Shown here: piece after piece, positions 37,201 to 47,426 of the stretch
Numbering within the stretch: the first letter of the stretch is position 1
Layout of the letters: the number at the start of each line of letters is the position of its first letter
Virus record (IMG/VR): IMGVR_UViG_3300028534_000021
Coordinates: 13,549-77,548 of that record
DNA from: a virus
Length of the DNA stretch: 64,000 nt
Direction: 5' to 3' (one strand)
The notes under the pieces: model-generated
What the model saw: the letters and a program-made list of their open reading frames with translations, nothing else
Databases searched by the model: none
What the model was told of the DNA's origin: nothing
Made by a program: the position numbers and the translations under genes

Positions 37201-38108
37201 AAATACAAAGTATTTTATTAAGTGATAAAACTATTCTTGGGGATAGTTCGAGCACCGAATTAGTTAATCAAAATACTAATGTTTACAGAGACCAAAATAT
37301 TTATGTAGTCGATATACCGTTAGATAAAATAATATCGGGAAAATTACAAGTACTTGTAAAAAGTTATAAAAGTTTCGCAGATGAGACTATAAAATACGAT
37401 ACTGCGGAAATAACAATTTTAAATTACATCGATAATAATACAATGCGGTTTTTATTAAGTGATTATCAAACTTCAGATTATGAAATATTTTTAGAGAAAA
37501 ATAAAGAGACTTTATTAGTATCTTTTAGTATTTTAAATGTAGATGCTTTAGGAGACCCAACCCAAAATTTATTTTTAATAAAAAATTATATTGATAATAT
37601 AATTTTATATGATAAGGCTCCAGAGGGAATTACTCCATTGCCAAGTATTATTTTACAAGATGATGATTTGGTTACAAGTACTCATTATTCCGAAGAAAGT
37701 GGTTTATTTAATATTATAATAGATTGTAGTAATTTTTTTCCTAGTTTTAGAAATATTTATGGAGTAATTAATACTAAACCAGTTTATAGTAGTATATCTT
37801 TAAATGCAAAAGATCAGATATATTGCCAAGCCGAAGATAGTACTATGGATCCAACCACAGGAACTATAATTGATTCTGGTCCAACCGGGGGAACATTTAA
37901 TGATACCATTATTTATTCTAATTTGGTAAAAATTCCAAATTCTATAAATCAAACAGAAGAAGACATACTTCAAAATAATATTCAAGTACGACAAAATACA
38001 CCATTAATCTTTGATTGTACTTTAACCAATGGTGAAGGAACCTCATTAAATATAATATCTTTAAATAATGAACTTCATGACGTTTGGGTAAATCTTGGAT
38101 TAATTTAA
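34221..38108 (+). CDS. large putative virion/baseplate protein
   Basis: 1295 aa, coupled to the spike gene, Cys clusters; no recognised family. Confidence 0.55.
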   Translation: MIYTERDSSFELNLEGYSEIAFVDLIQKDTESPTDLYFDTIDITAGSTSTGTPTYDNNTFNFYCNINFNVTMDFALPNFLSKPRPNLTLFTKADEFSYEISRLNDTLIQVFQQMGCCNISDEYNKTVVPIFRYLASSKEHTDCGLSPNLAPDSCGGDSNFMKEILGIVRDITKVYTAIEPLFCLISPIPGNPWLPVDFNWMAPILPYIQSFQQMMDKIMSGSLFDIIIKPIKELNNKIINCTQVKSQRSISVSSRETSQKDSEELIKIMKDLKDQEILSNSLVLTNSNNQPAVLTLKEKIESETQNFVAKQELQQSLYETLQKYAPINNIPKANDVEANKLAEIRNPGQGICRCLLRMANLEIKLPKFPKAEIRILPTSLKLIDNIYNNDLLKYTDETAYDITLGEVLDTTSSTENLTFSKNLITDFNFIEKFKGYMDKTGSRSFYIDTEVLTQLDNTISPTTIEITTEKFIEIYRGLLPDFQFAYTDKSEYIKETINTINTCITPTWNGINLNIPETGSGLPSTILNTNKILIAKINEIQRYENQYIGQLDAIKKNDYVNWKTYKEQADNIMKRLNTNLDLTDYFDLTEYDLGLDRLRQQQMYLDFFGTYLDIDINTDFFDNRLYEKLMFYSDIAQTSIYNICLEYVAARKEVTYFDEISGDNYKAYASTQIELVASKIKTLIQRYNLTYEFAINTDYSNEGELANILLTFESLEDFENYLNDLKDITNNPFGQYFLNTLLDNYKYLIYKSIKGTYIFDVSYNTLIEDTKNKLITNLPTITISGQQYNYIYYSIKILQCESYKLTLFEVLNKNIAFDFYLTDYPEIDCGCDTIVCQLIRMVMDFILYYVNMFLGWLLQLMLDWLIPKWLRALIDLIIYKLKCVMEIVYMKDTMSLIDRVYENFLNNLKTRVNNYPYENCANNAIEAALHQITDNYNEENGTDVTLTYNDTEKELKNHIVNVDFVDINKRPITNTTMDQWVTVNIKVTYDIGAKIQSILLSDKTILGDSSSTELVNQNTNVYRDQNIYVVDIPLDKIISGKLQVLVKSYKSFADETIKYDTAEITILNYIDNNTMRFLLSDYQTSDYEIFLEKNKETLLVSFSILNVDALGDPTQNLFLIKNYIDNIILYDKAPEGITPLPSIILQDDDLVTSTHYSEESGLFNIIIDCSNFFPSFRNIYGVINTKPVYSSISLNAKDQIYCQAEDSTMDPTTGTIIDSGPTGGTFNDTIIYSNLVKIPNSINQTEEDILQNNIQVRQNTPLIFDCTLTNGEGTSLNIISLNNELHDVWVNLGLI

Positions 38109-38118
38109 AGGAAATAAT

Positions 38119-39855
38119 ATGACAAATAAAAAATATGGAATTATACCGATAATAAATATAAATTCCCGAAATCTCAATACTGGAGATTTCGGAGAATATT
38201 TGACTTTATTAAGTTATTCCGAAATTGATCGAGGTGGAATCGATTTAAAAATTAATACCGAATTAAAAGATTATGATAATGAAGTACTAAGTACTACTTT
38301 TAAATCTAATAAAATGAATCCAAATTTAGGAACTATAGATACTAGTAGTTTACAAGTACCTAATCAAAGTCTAGCTAAAAACAAAGTAAAATATATTACA
38401 AGTATTCCTATAAATAAAGAACTGGTAATGCCAATTCCAGAACAATTTACTAATCCAAATCCAACAACTTTACAGATTATTAAAGAACCAGTTGATAATG
38501 GATCTTGGTTTTTAAATAGTTGTATTTTTCAAAATACAAGTATTATTATGTCGGAAGATAGTACTACAATAAATAATTCTGGATCGCAAATTAATAATGA
38601 ATTAAAATTTAAAATGTTTTTTAATTCAGATATTACGTTTGAATATTTAGATTTAGAATCAAACCAAATTATTACAAAACAATTTAGATTTACTTTTAAA
38701 TTTATATTTAGTACTTATTTTTTAAGTTCTTTTATAACTACTTTTGAGTATTTTAATTACTATAAAGATGATTTATTAAATTTTTTAATACAAAATAAAA
38801 ATATAATATTAAATATTGATAGTCGAGATAGTCAAAATGAAGAAACTGTAAGTATGAGTTATCTGTTAAATTCTTTAACTGAGGATAATAATTTAAAAAT
38901 AATTAATATCAAATTGTACGATTTTAAGATTATAAAAGATACTGAATTTTATTTTAATTTTGAAACTTTTAAAAAATCGGAAAAAGTTTATAATTGTACT
39001 TTTAAATTAATTCCTCAAGATTATATAAGTTTAATTTCGGAAGATGAAATTGATAAGGAAGCTATTCAAAAAAATATGAATAATTTTTATCAAAGTTTTA
39101 CTAACGAAAATATTAATTTATTTGATAATTTTATTAATACTGATTTAATAAATATTTCCGAAGAAGTAAATATAATTGATATTAGTACCAGTATAACCAA
39201 AGATACTCCTATCGAAGATCCAGATTATATAAAATTAAAAAATTTTATATCTAATAATTTAATTAATTTTATAAATGATTATAATAATTTTCCAAACGAT
39301 TTTAATTTATTAACTTCCATTCCAACTGAAATAAGTTATAACACTTATTCTAATAAAAAATTAATAAATATAGGAAAAAGACAAATCGTATTAAAATTTA
39401 CAAATAAAATTATATTAAATTCTTCTGGAATTTATTCAGATACTTATGTAATACAATATGATATATTAGAAAATCGTTTAGAATTAATACCAATGCTAAA
39501 TAATTCCAATAATTTTATGGATAATCCAGATATAATAAAAAGTATTAATTATAATTTAGATAATTTTTTAAAAAGTATTAAAATATTTAAATCGGTTTCA
39601 ATTACGAATGATAATATTTTAGATAGTACTTATAATAATTTTATTATTTATAATAATACCATTACTTTAAATAATTCTCCGGTTTCTGATCAAAATACAT
39701 TAAATACAAATAAAGAAACAAATAAATACCGATTAAAAATTATAAAAAATTATAATTTAACTCAAAATCAAATAAATGAATTAAGCGAAAATAATATAAG
39801 TGTTTCTGGATTAACATATTCAAGTTATGCATTAAGTACTATTTATGTTTCGTAA
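38119..39855 (+). CDS. hypothetical Asn/Ile-rich protein in the baseplate region
   Basis: ORF track, AAGGA RBS. Confidence 0.6.
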   Translation: MTNKKYGIIPIININSRNLNTGDFGEYLTLLSYSEIDRGGIDLKINTELKDYDNEVLSTTFKSNKMNPNLGTIDTSSLQVPNQSLAKNKVKYITSIPINKELVMPIPEQFTNPNPTTLQIIKEPVDNGSWFLNSCIFQNTSIIMSEDSTTINNSGSQINNELKFKMFFNSDITFEYLDLESNQIITKQFRFTFKFIFSTYFLSSFITTFEYFNYYKDDLLNFLIQNKNIILNIDSRDSQNEETVSMSYLLNSLTEDNNLKIINIKLYDFKIIKDTEFYFNFETFKKSEKVYNCTFKLIPQDYISLISEDEIDKEAIQKNMNNFYQSFTNENINLFDNFINTDLINISEEVNIIDISTSITKDTPIEDPDYIKLKNFISNNLINFINDYNNFPNDFNLLTSIPTEISYNTYSNKKLINIGKRQIVLKFTNKIILNSSGIYSDTYVIQYDILENRLELIPMLNNSNNFMDNPDIIKSINYNLDNFLKSIKIFKSVSITNDNILDSTYNNFIIYNNTITLNNSPVSDQNTLNTNKETNKYRLKIIKNYNLTQNQINELSENNISVSGLTYSSYALSTIYVS

Positions 39856-39864
39856 AGGATTGAT

Positions 39865-40416
39865 ATGGCAAATTTACAAACCATTATTTTAAATTCTGGT
39901 AAAACGGAATTATTATTATCGGATACAATAACTTTTCCAAAATATTTTAAATTAAGTTCTCAAGAAATTCCTCTTCTTGAGACAACGGATGCTAATAATT
40001 ACGAGTACTGGTATCAAAAAGATATAGATGTTTACCAAATAATAGATCAAGATACTGTAGAATTTACATGTATTTTAGAAATGGACCAAAATATAAATAT
40101 TACGAAAAGTATATGTTTATATTTTGATACTGATTTAGAAAAAGATATTCCATTTTTATTAGGAGTACTTATAAATGAAATTCAACCAGGTTCTAGATTA
40201 GTACTAAGTATTCAATTTAAATTAACCAACGCGAGTACTTTACTAAATTTTAGTTTTATAACCACTGATAAAATGGAAGAAGGAATTTTATCATTAAATA
40301 ATTTAATAACTTTAGGTAATCAAATTACTAAAAATACTACTTTATTAAATAAAATTTATTTACCGGATGTTTTAGATACTCCAACTATAACATCAGAAAC
40401 ATTTTCATTAACATAA
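39865..40416 (+). CDS. tail-collar / fibre-attachment-like protein
   Basis: TIILNSGKxLL N-terminus, VEFTCIL...ITKSICLY pattern; precedes the fibre genes. Confidence 0.5.
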   Translation: MANLQTIILNSGKTELLLSDTITFPKYFKLSSQEIPLLETTDANNYEYWYQKDIDVYQIIDQDTVEFTCILEMDQNINITKSICLYFDTDLEKDIPFLLGVLINEIQPGSRLVLSIQFKLTNASTLLNFSFITTDKMEEGILSLNNLITLGNQITKNTTLLNKIYLPDVLDTPTITSETFSLT

Positions 40417-40428
40417 TAAGGATTAAGA

Positions 40429-41520
40429 ATGAATTTACAAGAATTGAATAATAATGTTAGAACGTTATTATCAAACGGTTGGAATATCTTAGAATTTTTA
40501 AAAAAATTTACGACCGCCGATGCAACTACAGATGTAGATATAGTATTTATTCAAGAAGATACTACAACGGTATCCGAAACATATCCATCTTTAAATAAAT
40601 TAATAGCAACTTTTGATAATTTAGAAGCCTTTGTTGGACCAGAAGGGCCACAGGGTCCACAGGGTCCACAAGGTCCTCAAGGTCTACAAGGACCACGGGG
40701 ACCTCAAGGTATTGATGGAGCAGATGGTCTTGAAGGTCCAACAGGTCCTCAAGGTCCGATGGGTCCTCAAGGTCCTCAAGGTCTATCAGGAAAAGATGGT
40801 GAATCTGGTCCAATAGGACCAGTAGGTCCAGAAGGTCCACGTGGTCCGGCAGGCGCTGATGGTATAGCTGGTAAAGATGGGGAAATTGGTCCACAAGGGC
40901 CGGCTGGTCCTCAGGGGTTAACTGGACCTACTGGTCCTCAAGGCCCAGAAGGTCCACAGGGTCCTCAAGGTCCAGATGGTCCACAAGGGGAAAAGGGGAA
41001 TATAGGGGAACCTGGCCCACAAGGTCCAGAAGGATCTCAAGGCCCAGAAGGTCAACAGGGTCCTCAAGGTCCAGATGGTCCACAGGGTCCGCAAGGTCCG
41101 CAAGGTCCCGAAGGTCCACAGGGTCCGCAAGGTCTTCCGGGAAAATCGTCATACGATGCTGGAACATTGGGTGGATACTCTCTATCTTATTTTGTAATGA
41201 ATCAAAATATAGATGCTACCTTAGATGATGATGATTCTGTTTTTTATAATGATTTTACTAGATTTTCAGAAATACAAACTGGTTTGGTATCAATTCCAAG
41301 TTTTAACAGTACTACTAAATTTTTTAACTTGGAATCAATAGAAGAAGATATTTTAGAATTAAAATATGTACAGGATAATGGAGATGATACAGTTACTGAT
41401 TTAGGTACAATAGTTAATATGGACACAGTTAATGAAACTATAGAATTTTTTGGAAAATCTATTTCTGATGTAACGGATTACTCTGATTTTACAACAGCTT
41501 ATGAGGCTGAATTAGCATAA
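40429..41520 (+). CDS. collagen-like fibre protein
   Basis: About 57 uninterrupted Gly-X-Y triplets (40636-41148); DAGTLGG motif afterwards. Confidence 0.9.
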   Translation: MNLQELNNNVRTLLSNGWNILEFLKKFTTADATTDVDIVFIQEDTTTVSETYPSLNKLIATFDNLEAFVGPEGPQGPQGPQGPQGLQGPRGPQGIDGADGLEGPTGPQGPMGPQGPQGLSGKDGESGPIGPVGPEGPRGPAGADGIAGKDGEIGPQGPAGPQGLTGPTGPQGPEGPQGPQGPDGPQGEKGNIGEPGPQGPEGSQGPEGQQGPQGPDGPQGPQGPQGPEGPQGPQGLPGKSSYDAGTLGGYSLSYFVMNQNIDATLDDDDSVFYNDFTRFSEIQTGLVSIPSFNSTTKFFNLESIEEDILELKYVQDNGDDTVTDLGTIVNMDTVNETIEFFGKSISDVTDYSDFTTAYEAELA

Positions 41521-41532
41521 CAAGGATAAAAA

Positions 41533-44500
41533 ATGGCTGAATTAAGCACTGATTTTTATATAGATGAAAATAATTATTTCTATGGGTGGTTACAAAATTC
41601 CCAAAAAGGCTATGCAGGTCTTTATTGGGAAAGTAAGGAAGATGAAACTGGAAGTATTCTTTATCCAAAAAATAGAAAGGATAGATTTCTAAGATCTTTA
41701 GACGAATCTTGGGTAACTAGAGAATATGTTAGATGGACTTTAGAAGATGAAATTGGTTTTGTAAATGCCGATGGAACTTGGTCATTTAAAACAGATAAGA
41801 ATAAAAACGCTTACGTTTATAATAATTTAAATATTACTAGAAATGTTACTGCAGAAGCTCTTTATGGAGATGGTTTTAATTTATCGAATTTAGATGCTTC
41901 TAAAATTAAACAAGGTACTCTTAATAAAGATAGATTACCTAATTTAATTAATGCTAGTACAACTGGAAATGCTAGAACTGCCACAAGTCTTGCTAAAGAA
42001 ATTAAGTTAAGCCTTAGTGGTGATATTTCTGGGGAAATTTCATTGGATGGAAGTACTGATAAAAATATAGAAGTAATCGTTTATGATGATAGCCACTTAC
42101 ATGAAGAAAGTTATTATAATAAAACAATTTCCGATAATAGATTCTTAGGTATTAACGCTACTGCAGTAAATGCGGATTTATTGGATGGTAAAGATAGTAC
42201 TTATTTTGCTACTGACAAAGCTCTTTTAGAACAAAAGGCTCGTATAGACGATATAATGGAATTAAGTACAACCGACTTAGATTCATTTAGAGAAATAGTA
42301 GATTTAATTAATAGTATCGATACTGAAAATGATGAAGCTCTTGCTACATTTTCTAAAAATATTATTGATAGTTTAAATACCGAAATTCAAAGAGCTGAAA
42401 CCGTTGAAAATGAAATAGTTGATTCTCTTAACGAAGAAATTCAAAGAGCTGAAATAACCGAAAATGAAATAGAATTAAATCTTAATAATAGAATTGATGA
42501 AGAAACTTCTAGGGCTAAAGAAAAAGAAAATGAAATAGTTAATTCTCTTAACAAGGAAATCTTTAGAGCGCAAGATTCGGAAAACACCTTAACTGATAAT
42601 TTAAATACTGAAATAGAAAGAGCTAAAGGTGAAGAACAATATCTTCAGGATCAAATAGACAATAATAATTCTAAACTTACAAATGATATTAAAATATTAG
42701 ATGATAAGATAAGCACAGAAACTTTAAGAGCGACAACAGCAGAAGGCGAATTAAATAATAAAATTCTTGCCGAAAATGCTAGGGCGGTTAAAGCAGAAAA
42801 AGATATTATTGAATTATTAGAAGACGAAACGGCTAGAGCTTTAGAATCGGAAAAAACAAATGATCAAAATTTAACAGAAGAAATTTTAAGAGCTTCTCAA
42901 GAAGAGAAAAGAGTACTAGATTATTTAAATGCGAGAATAGATACACAACGAGCAAGAATAGACGATATTCTAAATTTGAGTACAACTGACGCAGATTCAT
43001 TTAAAGAAATAGTAGATTTAATTAATAGTATCGATACTGAAAATGATGAAGCATTTGCTTCTTTTGCGGTAAGTACCAATACTAAAATAGAGGATTTAAA
43101 TACTAAAATAGAAGATGAAACTTCTAGAGCTACAGATACCGAAAATAATTTATCAGATGATATTGTTAACGAAACTATTAGAGCTAAACAAGTTGAACAA
43201 GATCTCCAAGATCAAATTAATGAAAATAATCAAAATTCCAACGATAAAGATGTTATTTTAGATGCTCGTTTAACAGACGAAGTTCAAAGAGCAGTAGTAG
43301 TTGAAAAAGATTTGTTATTAAAAATAAATGATGAAATTGATAGAGCTACTAAAGCAGAATTAGATTTAGATACTAAATTTACCGATAGTATTAATACAAC
43401 TAATAATAGTATTTCTGTACTAGAAGCTAAAACAATTTTAGCTATTAATGAGGAAACCGATAGAGCAAAAACTGCAGAAAATCAGGTATTTGATGATCTC
43501 AGCGGCAGAATTAAGGCAGAGGAACAATTAGCAAGAATTAATGAAAATAATCTTGGTATTAGAATAGATGATACTGGTACTAAAATAGAAGATGAAATAT
43601 CTAGAGCTATTCTAAGAGAAGATGATCTTCAAGAACAGATTAATGAAAATAATAACCATGCTACAACAGTAGAAAATGATTTACTTACTAAATTAAATGA
43701 TTTAATTTCTAGTAATAAAGAAGAACATGATGATATAAATCTTAGATTAAATAATGAAACATTAAGAAGTATTGAGAAAGACAATAATTTAAATGATGCT
43801 ATAAATATTGAAGTTCAAAGAGCTAGTACTAAAGAAAAAGATTTGGAAAAAGCTATAGAAGCAGAAAAAGTTCGCATAAACGATATTCTAAATTTGAGTA
43901 CAACTGACGCAGATTCATTTAAAGAAATAGTTGATTTAATTAATAATGTCGATATAATAAATGATCAGGCATTTGGTAATTTTGTATCTAGTACTAATCA
44001 AGAATTAGATACCATTAGAAATGATTTAGATAATGAAATTCAGCGAGCGACTGCGATAGAGGACGAATTGGATACTAGACTGACTAATGAAACTTTAATC
44101 GCTAGAACTGCAGAAGATGATTTAAATACTAAACTTAATACAACTATTAATTTATTAAATGATGAAGTTCAAAGAGCTATAGCGGCGAAAAATGATCGTT
44201 ACACTAAAGCAGAATCTGATGAAAAATTCTTAGGTATTAATGATAAGGCTCAAGATTCATATAGACTTAATGGACAAACGGCCGAAGATTTTAAAGAAGC
44301 TTATTTAGCTGCAGTTGGTGATCCAACGGCTAACTCAGGTACAACCACTTCATCTTATGTAATTCAAAAAGATGATTGTACTGTTTATTGGGATGAAGAT
44401 AAAACAATTAATTTTATAACTTTAACTAATAGTCCAGTTGGAGATATTATAGATTTAACTATTACCACGACAACGGGAGAAAATATAACGATTAATGATA

Positions 44501-44592
44501 AGGTTAATCAAATTGATAAACGTATCGAATTCTTAGACGATACTAATTTAAATAACAGTACTGCTTATTGTACTTATTTAAGATATATTTAA
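41533..44592 (+). CDS. tail fibre protein with a long coiled coil
   Basis: TTGNARTATSL, LSGDISG, DDSHLH, NADLLDGKDS fibre motifs; ExxRAxxxE repeats; three RIxDIxxLSTTDxDSFxEIVDLIN knots. Confidence 0.8.
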   Translation: MAELSTDFYIDENNYFYGWLQNSQKGYAGLYWESKEDETGSILYPKNRKDRFLRSLDESWVTREYVRWTLEDEIGFVNADGTWSFKTDKNKNAYVYNNLNITRNVTAEALYGDGFNLSNLDASKIKQGTLNKDRLPNLINASTTGNARTATSLAKEIKLSLSGDISGEISLDGSTDKNIEVIVYDDSHLHEESYYNKTISDNRFLGINATAVNADLLDGKDSTYFATDKALLEQKARIDDIMELSTTDLDSFREIVDLINSIDTENDEALATFSKNIIDSLNTEIQRAETVENEIVDSLNEEIQRAEITENEIELNLNNRIDEETSRAKEKENEIVNSLNKEIFRAQDSENTLTDNLNTEIERAKGEEQYLQDQIDNNNSKLTNDIKILDDKISTETLRATTAEGELNNKILAENARAVKAEKDIIELLEDETARALESEKTNDQNLTEEILRASQEEKRVLDYLNARIDTQRARIDDILNLSTTDADSFKEIVDLINSIDTENDEAFASFAVSTNTKIEDLNTKIEDETSRATDTENNLSDDIVNETIRAKQVEQDLQDQINENNQNSNDKDVILDARLTDEVQRAVVVEKDLLLKINDEIDRATKAELDLDTKFTDSINTTNNSISVLEAKTILAINEETDRAKTAENQVFDDLSGRIKAEEQLARINENNLGIRIDDTGTKIEDEISRAILREDDLQEQINENNNHATTVENDLLTKLNDLISSNKEEHDDINLRLNNETLRSIEKDNNLNDAINIEVQRASTKEKDLEKAIEAEKVRINDILNLSTTDADSFKEIVDLINNVDIINDQAFGNFVSSTNQELDTIRNDLDNEIQRATAIEDELDTRLTNETLIARTAEDDLNTKLNTTINLLNDEVQRAIAAKNDRYTKAESDEKFLGINDKAQDSYRLNGQTAEDFKEAYLAAVGDPTANSGTTTSSYVIQKDDCTVYWDEDKTINFITLTNSPVGDIIDLTITTTTGENITINDKVNQIDKRIEFLDDTNLNNSTAYCTYLRYI

Positions 44593-44607
44593 TTAAAAGG
44601 ATATAAT

Positions 44608-45003
44608 ATGAGTTTACCTAGACGATATTTTAGTATTTCCAAATACGAAGATGGTGACGAAAATGGGGATTTAACTTATGCTAGAAGTACCTCGACGGAA
44701 GAATCCTTCCATATAAAACATACAAAAGATATTCCTACAAAGGAATATCATCGGAACAGAAAAAGAAAAAAAAGAAAAAAAAGAAAAGAGTTGGACTCTT
44801 ATCAAAATAGGAAAGATTTCTATAAAGATAATCAAGACATAAAAAAATGTCTTGATTTTAATCTAGTTCCAAAATATTTAACAAAAGAAGAACAGTTAAA
44901 AAAAGTTTACGAAACAATTGATGATTTAAATAAACGTAATGCAAAAAAAGATAAAATTACTAGAAAAACAACGATTAGGAATAATTTCAGAACTATAAAA
45001 TAA
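44608..45003 (+). CDS. small basic hypothetical protein
   Basis: RNRKRKKRKKRK tract; AAGGA RBS. Confidence 0.6.
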   Translation: MSLPRRYFSISKYEDGDENGDLTYARSTSTEESFHIKHTKDIPTKEYHRNRKRKKRKKRKELDSYQNRKDFYKDNQDIKKCLDFNLVPKYLTKEEQLKKVYETIDDLNKRNAKKDKITRKTTIRNNFRTIK

Positions 45004-45125
45004 TTTATTGAAATTCTTTTGTTTTAATCTTACCGTTTCTTAGATAACTAATATATATGGATAATAAATGGGCGAAATTATCCTTATAATAAAGTCCAAA
45101 AATTTTTAAAAAATAAGGAATACTT

Positions 45126-47288
45126 ATGGCTATAACTAAAATTAGACAATATGGTACTCGTACTGTACCTCTTCTTAAAGATCGTGTATCTTATGGAGAT
45201 ATAGTTAATGATACTAGTATTGGTGGTACAGCTGTACCAGCATCTGCTGAATCTGTAAAGAGTTTACAAACTAGTTTAAATATCGAAATTGCTGATCGCG
45301 TACAACAAGGTCTCGATCTTGTAGATGGAGCAAGTACCAATGGTAATACATTTGGTAAACTTGAGACGTTAGTTGGTGCAAGTTCTAAAGCAACTACTGA
45401 AGCTCTTGCTCAGGAAGTTGCTGATAGAAATACTGCTATCCAAGTTGAAACTGATAGAGCAGTGGCTGCTGAAGCAGTTATTCAAACAAACGTAGATAAA
45501 GAAATTTCTGCCCGTACTACTGCTATTGAAGCACTTAATACTTCTTTAACTGCTGCTATCGATGCAGAAGCTGCAAGAGCAATCGCTGCTGAAACAGTTA
45601 ACTCAGACAAGCTTACGACACTTAATGGTGGTACCGACGTAGTTGGTTCCGTAGATTCTAAAATCTTAGTAGAAACTAACCGTGCTATTACTGAAGAGCA
45701 AAGAATTGAAGCTGAACTTATGGAAGAAATTAATATTCGTACCGAAGGCGTAGCTCTTAAATCATATATTGATGATGCAGTAGCTGTTGAAAATGCTCGT
45801 GCAAAAGCAGCAGAAGCCGCTAACACAACTGCTATTAATAATGAAGTAACTACTAGAGTTGCTGAAATTTCTCGAGTAGATGTTCGTGTTGATGATCTTG
45901 GTACCTTAGTTGCTGATAATAAAACTGCTACTGATTCTGCTATCGCTACTGAAGCTAGTACTCGTAGTACTGCCGATACAGCTCTTTCAGATCGTCTTAA
46001 CGCTGTAGAAAGTTCAATTGTTGGTGGAGTTGCTTGGAAAGGTTCTGTTGATGTTGTTTCTAATCCAGAAGATGGTCAAACATCTATCGATGGTTTAGTA
46101 GAAGATGATCTTATTGCTGGTCAAGCTTATTTTGTAACGGCTGCAAAAGACGTTTACGTGGTTCTTGATGGAACATCAGGTGATTATAAACCAGAAGCAT
46201 TTGAAAGCAAATCATTTCTTAAGATAGCTGACTTTACCGAACTTAGTGGTTTAGTAACTGCTGAACAAGGTCGTGCAACAGCTGCTGAAGCTGCACTACA
46301 AGCGGCTATTGATGCTGAAATCGCTAACAGAATTTCTGAAATCTCTAGAGTCGAAGGTTTAGTAACTTCTGAAACTAATCGTGCTCTCGCTGCAGAACAC
46401 GTTAATGCTGACGCTATTGCTCAAACCATAACTGATTACACTACTGCTGATGATGCAGTAAGAGCTGAATTTGCCACTGCTGATAAAGCTATTCAAAATA
46501 CTATGGAAACTGAATTAGCTTCTGTATATTCTAGAATGGATTCTGCAAGTGAATCATTTAATACTGCTCTTCAAGTTGAAACCGATAGAGCTATCGCTGC
46601 AGAAACTGCTAATAAAACATCTATCGATATTCTTAATGGTAACGATACTGTTGCTGGTTCTGTTGCTTCAAGTATTAAAGTAGAAACTGATAGAGCACTT
46701 GCTGCTGAATTAGTTAATGCTAATGCTATTGTGCAAGAAGTATCTGATCGTACAGCTGATGTTGATGCTGAAGAAGCTCGTGCAAAAGCAGCGGAAGCTG
46801 TTATTGCAGATAACCTAGTTCAAGAAGTTATTGATCGTACAGCTGATGTTGATGCTGAAGAAGCTCGTGCAAAAGCAGCAGAAGATGCAATTAATACTTC
46901 TTTAGATGTTATTAATGCCGATAAAACAGTTGTTGGTTCTATTGCTAATGCACGATACGAAGCTCAGGTTTACGCTGACCATTGGATTCCAATGATGAAA
47001 CTTGAAGGTATGGATGGTTCTTTAACTGTTTCTGGAGACGATGTAACAGTTACATATGTTCCAATGACCGATGGTATTATCTATGGAGAAGTTATTGTTT
47101 ACGATCCAAGTAATGGCGATGCGATTGCAGTAAATGTTAAATCTGTTGCAAATAATGTTATTACTCTTGATACAGTAACTGCGGGAGAATTCAATGGATT
47201 TGCTTGTAAAGTACAATACCTGTTCAAAGAAGGTGACCAAGATGGTGCTGGAATGGGTGTAGCTGGTGAAGGTGGAGCTGGAGTATAA
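45126..47288 (+). CDS. highly expressed Ala-rich coiled-coil fibre (whisker/head-fibre-like)
   Basis: Many ExxRAxAAE repeats, WKGSV insert, capsid-like codon bias, 29-aa direct repeat near 46733-46885. Confidence 0.75.
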   Translation: MAITKIRQYGTRTVPLLKDRVSYGDIVNDTSIGGTAVPASAESVKSLQTSLNIEIADRVQQGLDLVDGASTNGNTFGKLETLVGASSKATTEALAQEVADRNTAIQVETDRAVAAEAVIQTNVDKEISARTTAIEALNTSLTAAIDAEAARAIAAETVNSDKLTTLNGGTDVVGSVDSKILVETNRAITEEQRIEAELMEEINIRTEGVALKSYIDDAVAVENARAKAAEAANTTAINNEVTTRVAEISRVDVRVDDLGTLVADNKTATDSAIATEASTRSTADTALSDRLNAVESSIVGGVAWKGSVDVVSNPEDGQTSIDGLVEDDLIAGQAYFVTAAKDVYVVLDGTSGDYKPEAFESKSFLKIADFTELSGLVTAEQGRATAAEAALQAAIDAEIANRISEISRVEGLVTSETNRALAAEHVNADAIAQTITDYTTADDAVRAEFATADKAIQNTMETELASVYSRMDSASESFNTALQVETDRAIAAETANKTSIDILNGNDTVAGSVASSIKVETDRALAAELVNANAIVQEVSDRTADVDAEEARAKAAEAVIADNLVQEVIDRTADVDAEEARAKAAEDAINTSLDVINADKTVVGSIANARYEAQVYADHWIPMMKLEGMDGSLTVSGDDVTVTYVPMTDGIIYGEVIVYDPSNGDAIAVNVKSVANNVITLDTVTAGEFNGFACKVQYLFKEGDQDGAGMGVAGEGGAGV

Positions 47289-47320
47289 TCTCCAATTTCA
47301 CGAAACTTTTTATTACTTTA

Positions 47321-47360
47321 AAAATACTTCTGAGATATTCTCAGAAGTATTTTCCTGTCG
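47321..47360 (+). terminator. hairpin + CCTGTCG element (copy 9)
   Basis: AAAATACTTCTGAGA-TAT-TCTCAGAAGTATTTT then CCTGTCG. Confidence 0.6.
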
Positions 47361-47426
47361 TCGAAATTTATCGCCTCGAGAACTTAACTTAAACTAAATA
47401 GTAATAAATTCAAATAAGGATAAAAT

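Noticed and set aside
40562..41167. Short overlapping ORFs in the collagen region (40562-, 40631+, 40918-, 40928-)
   Set aside because: Shadow frames produced by the GC-rich Gly-X-Y repeat; no RBS or independent coding signal.
44752..44787. RNRKRKKRKKRK as a nuclear localisation signal
   Set aside because: Explained by an A-rich 9-bp microrepeat in a bacteriophage gene; more plausibly a generic nucleic-acid-binding basic patch.
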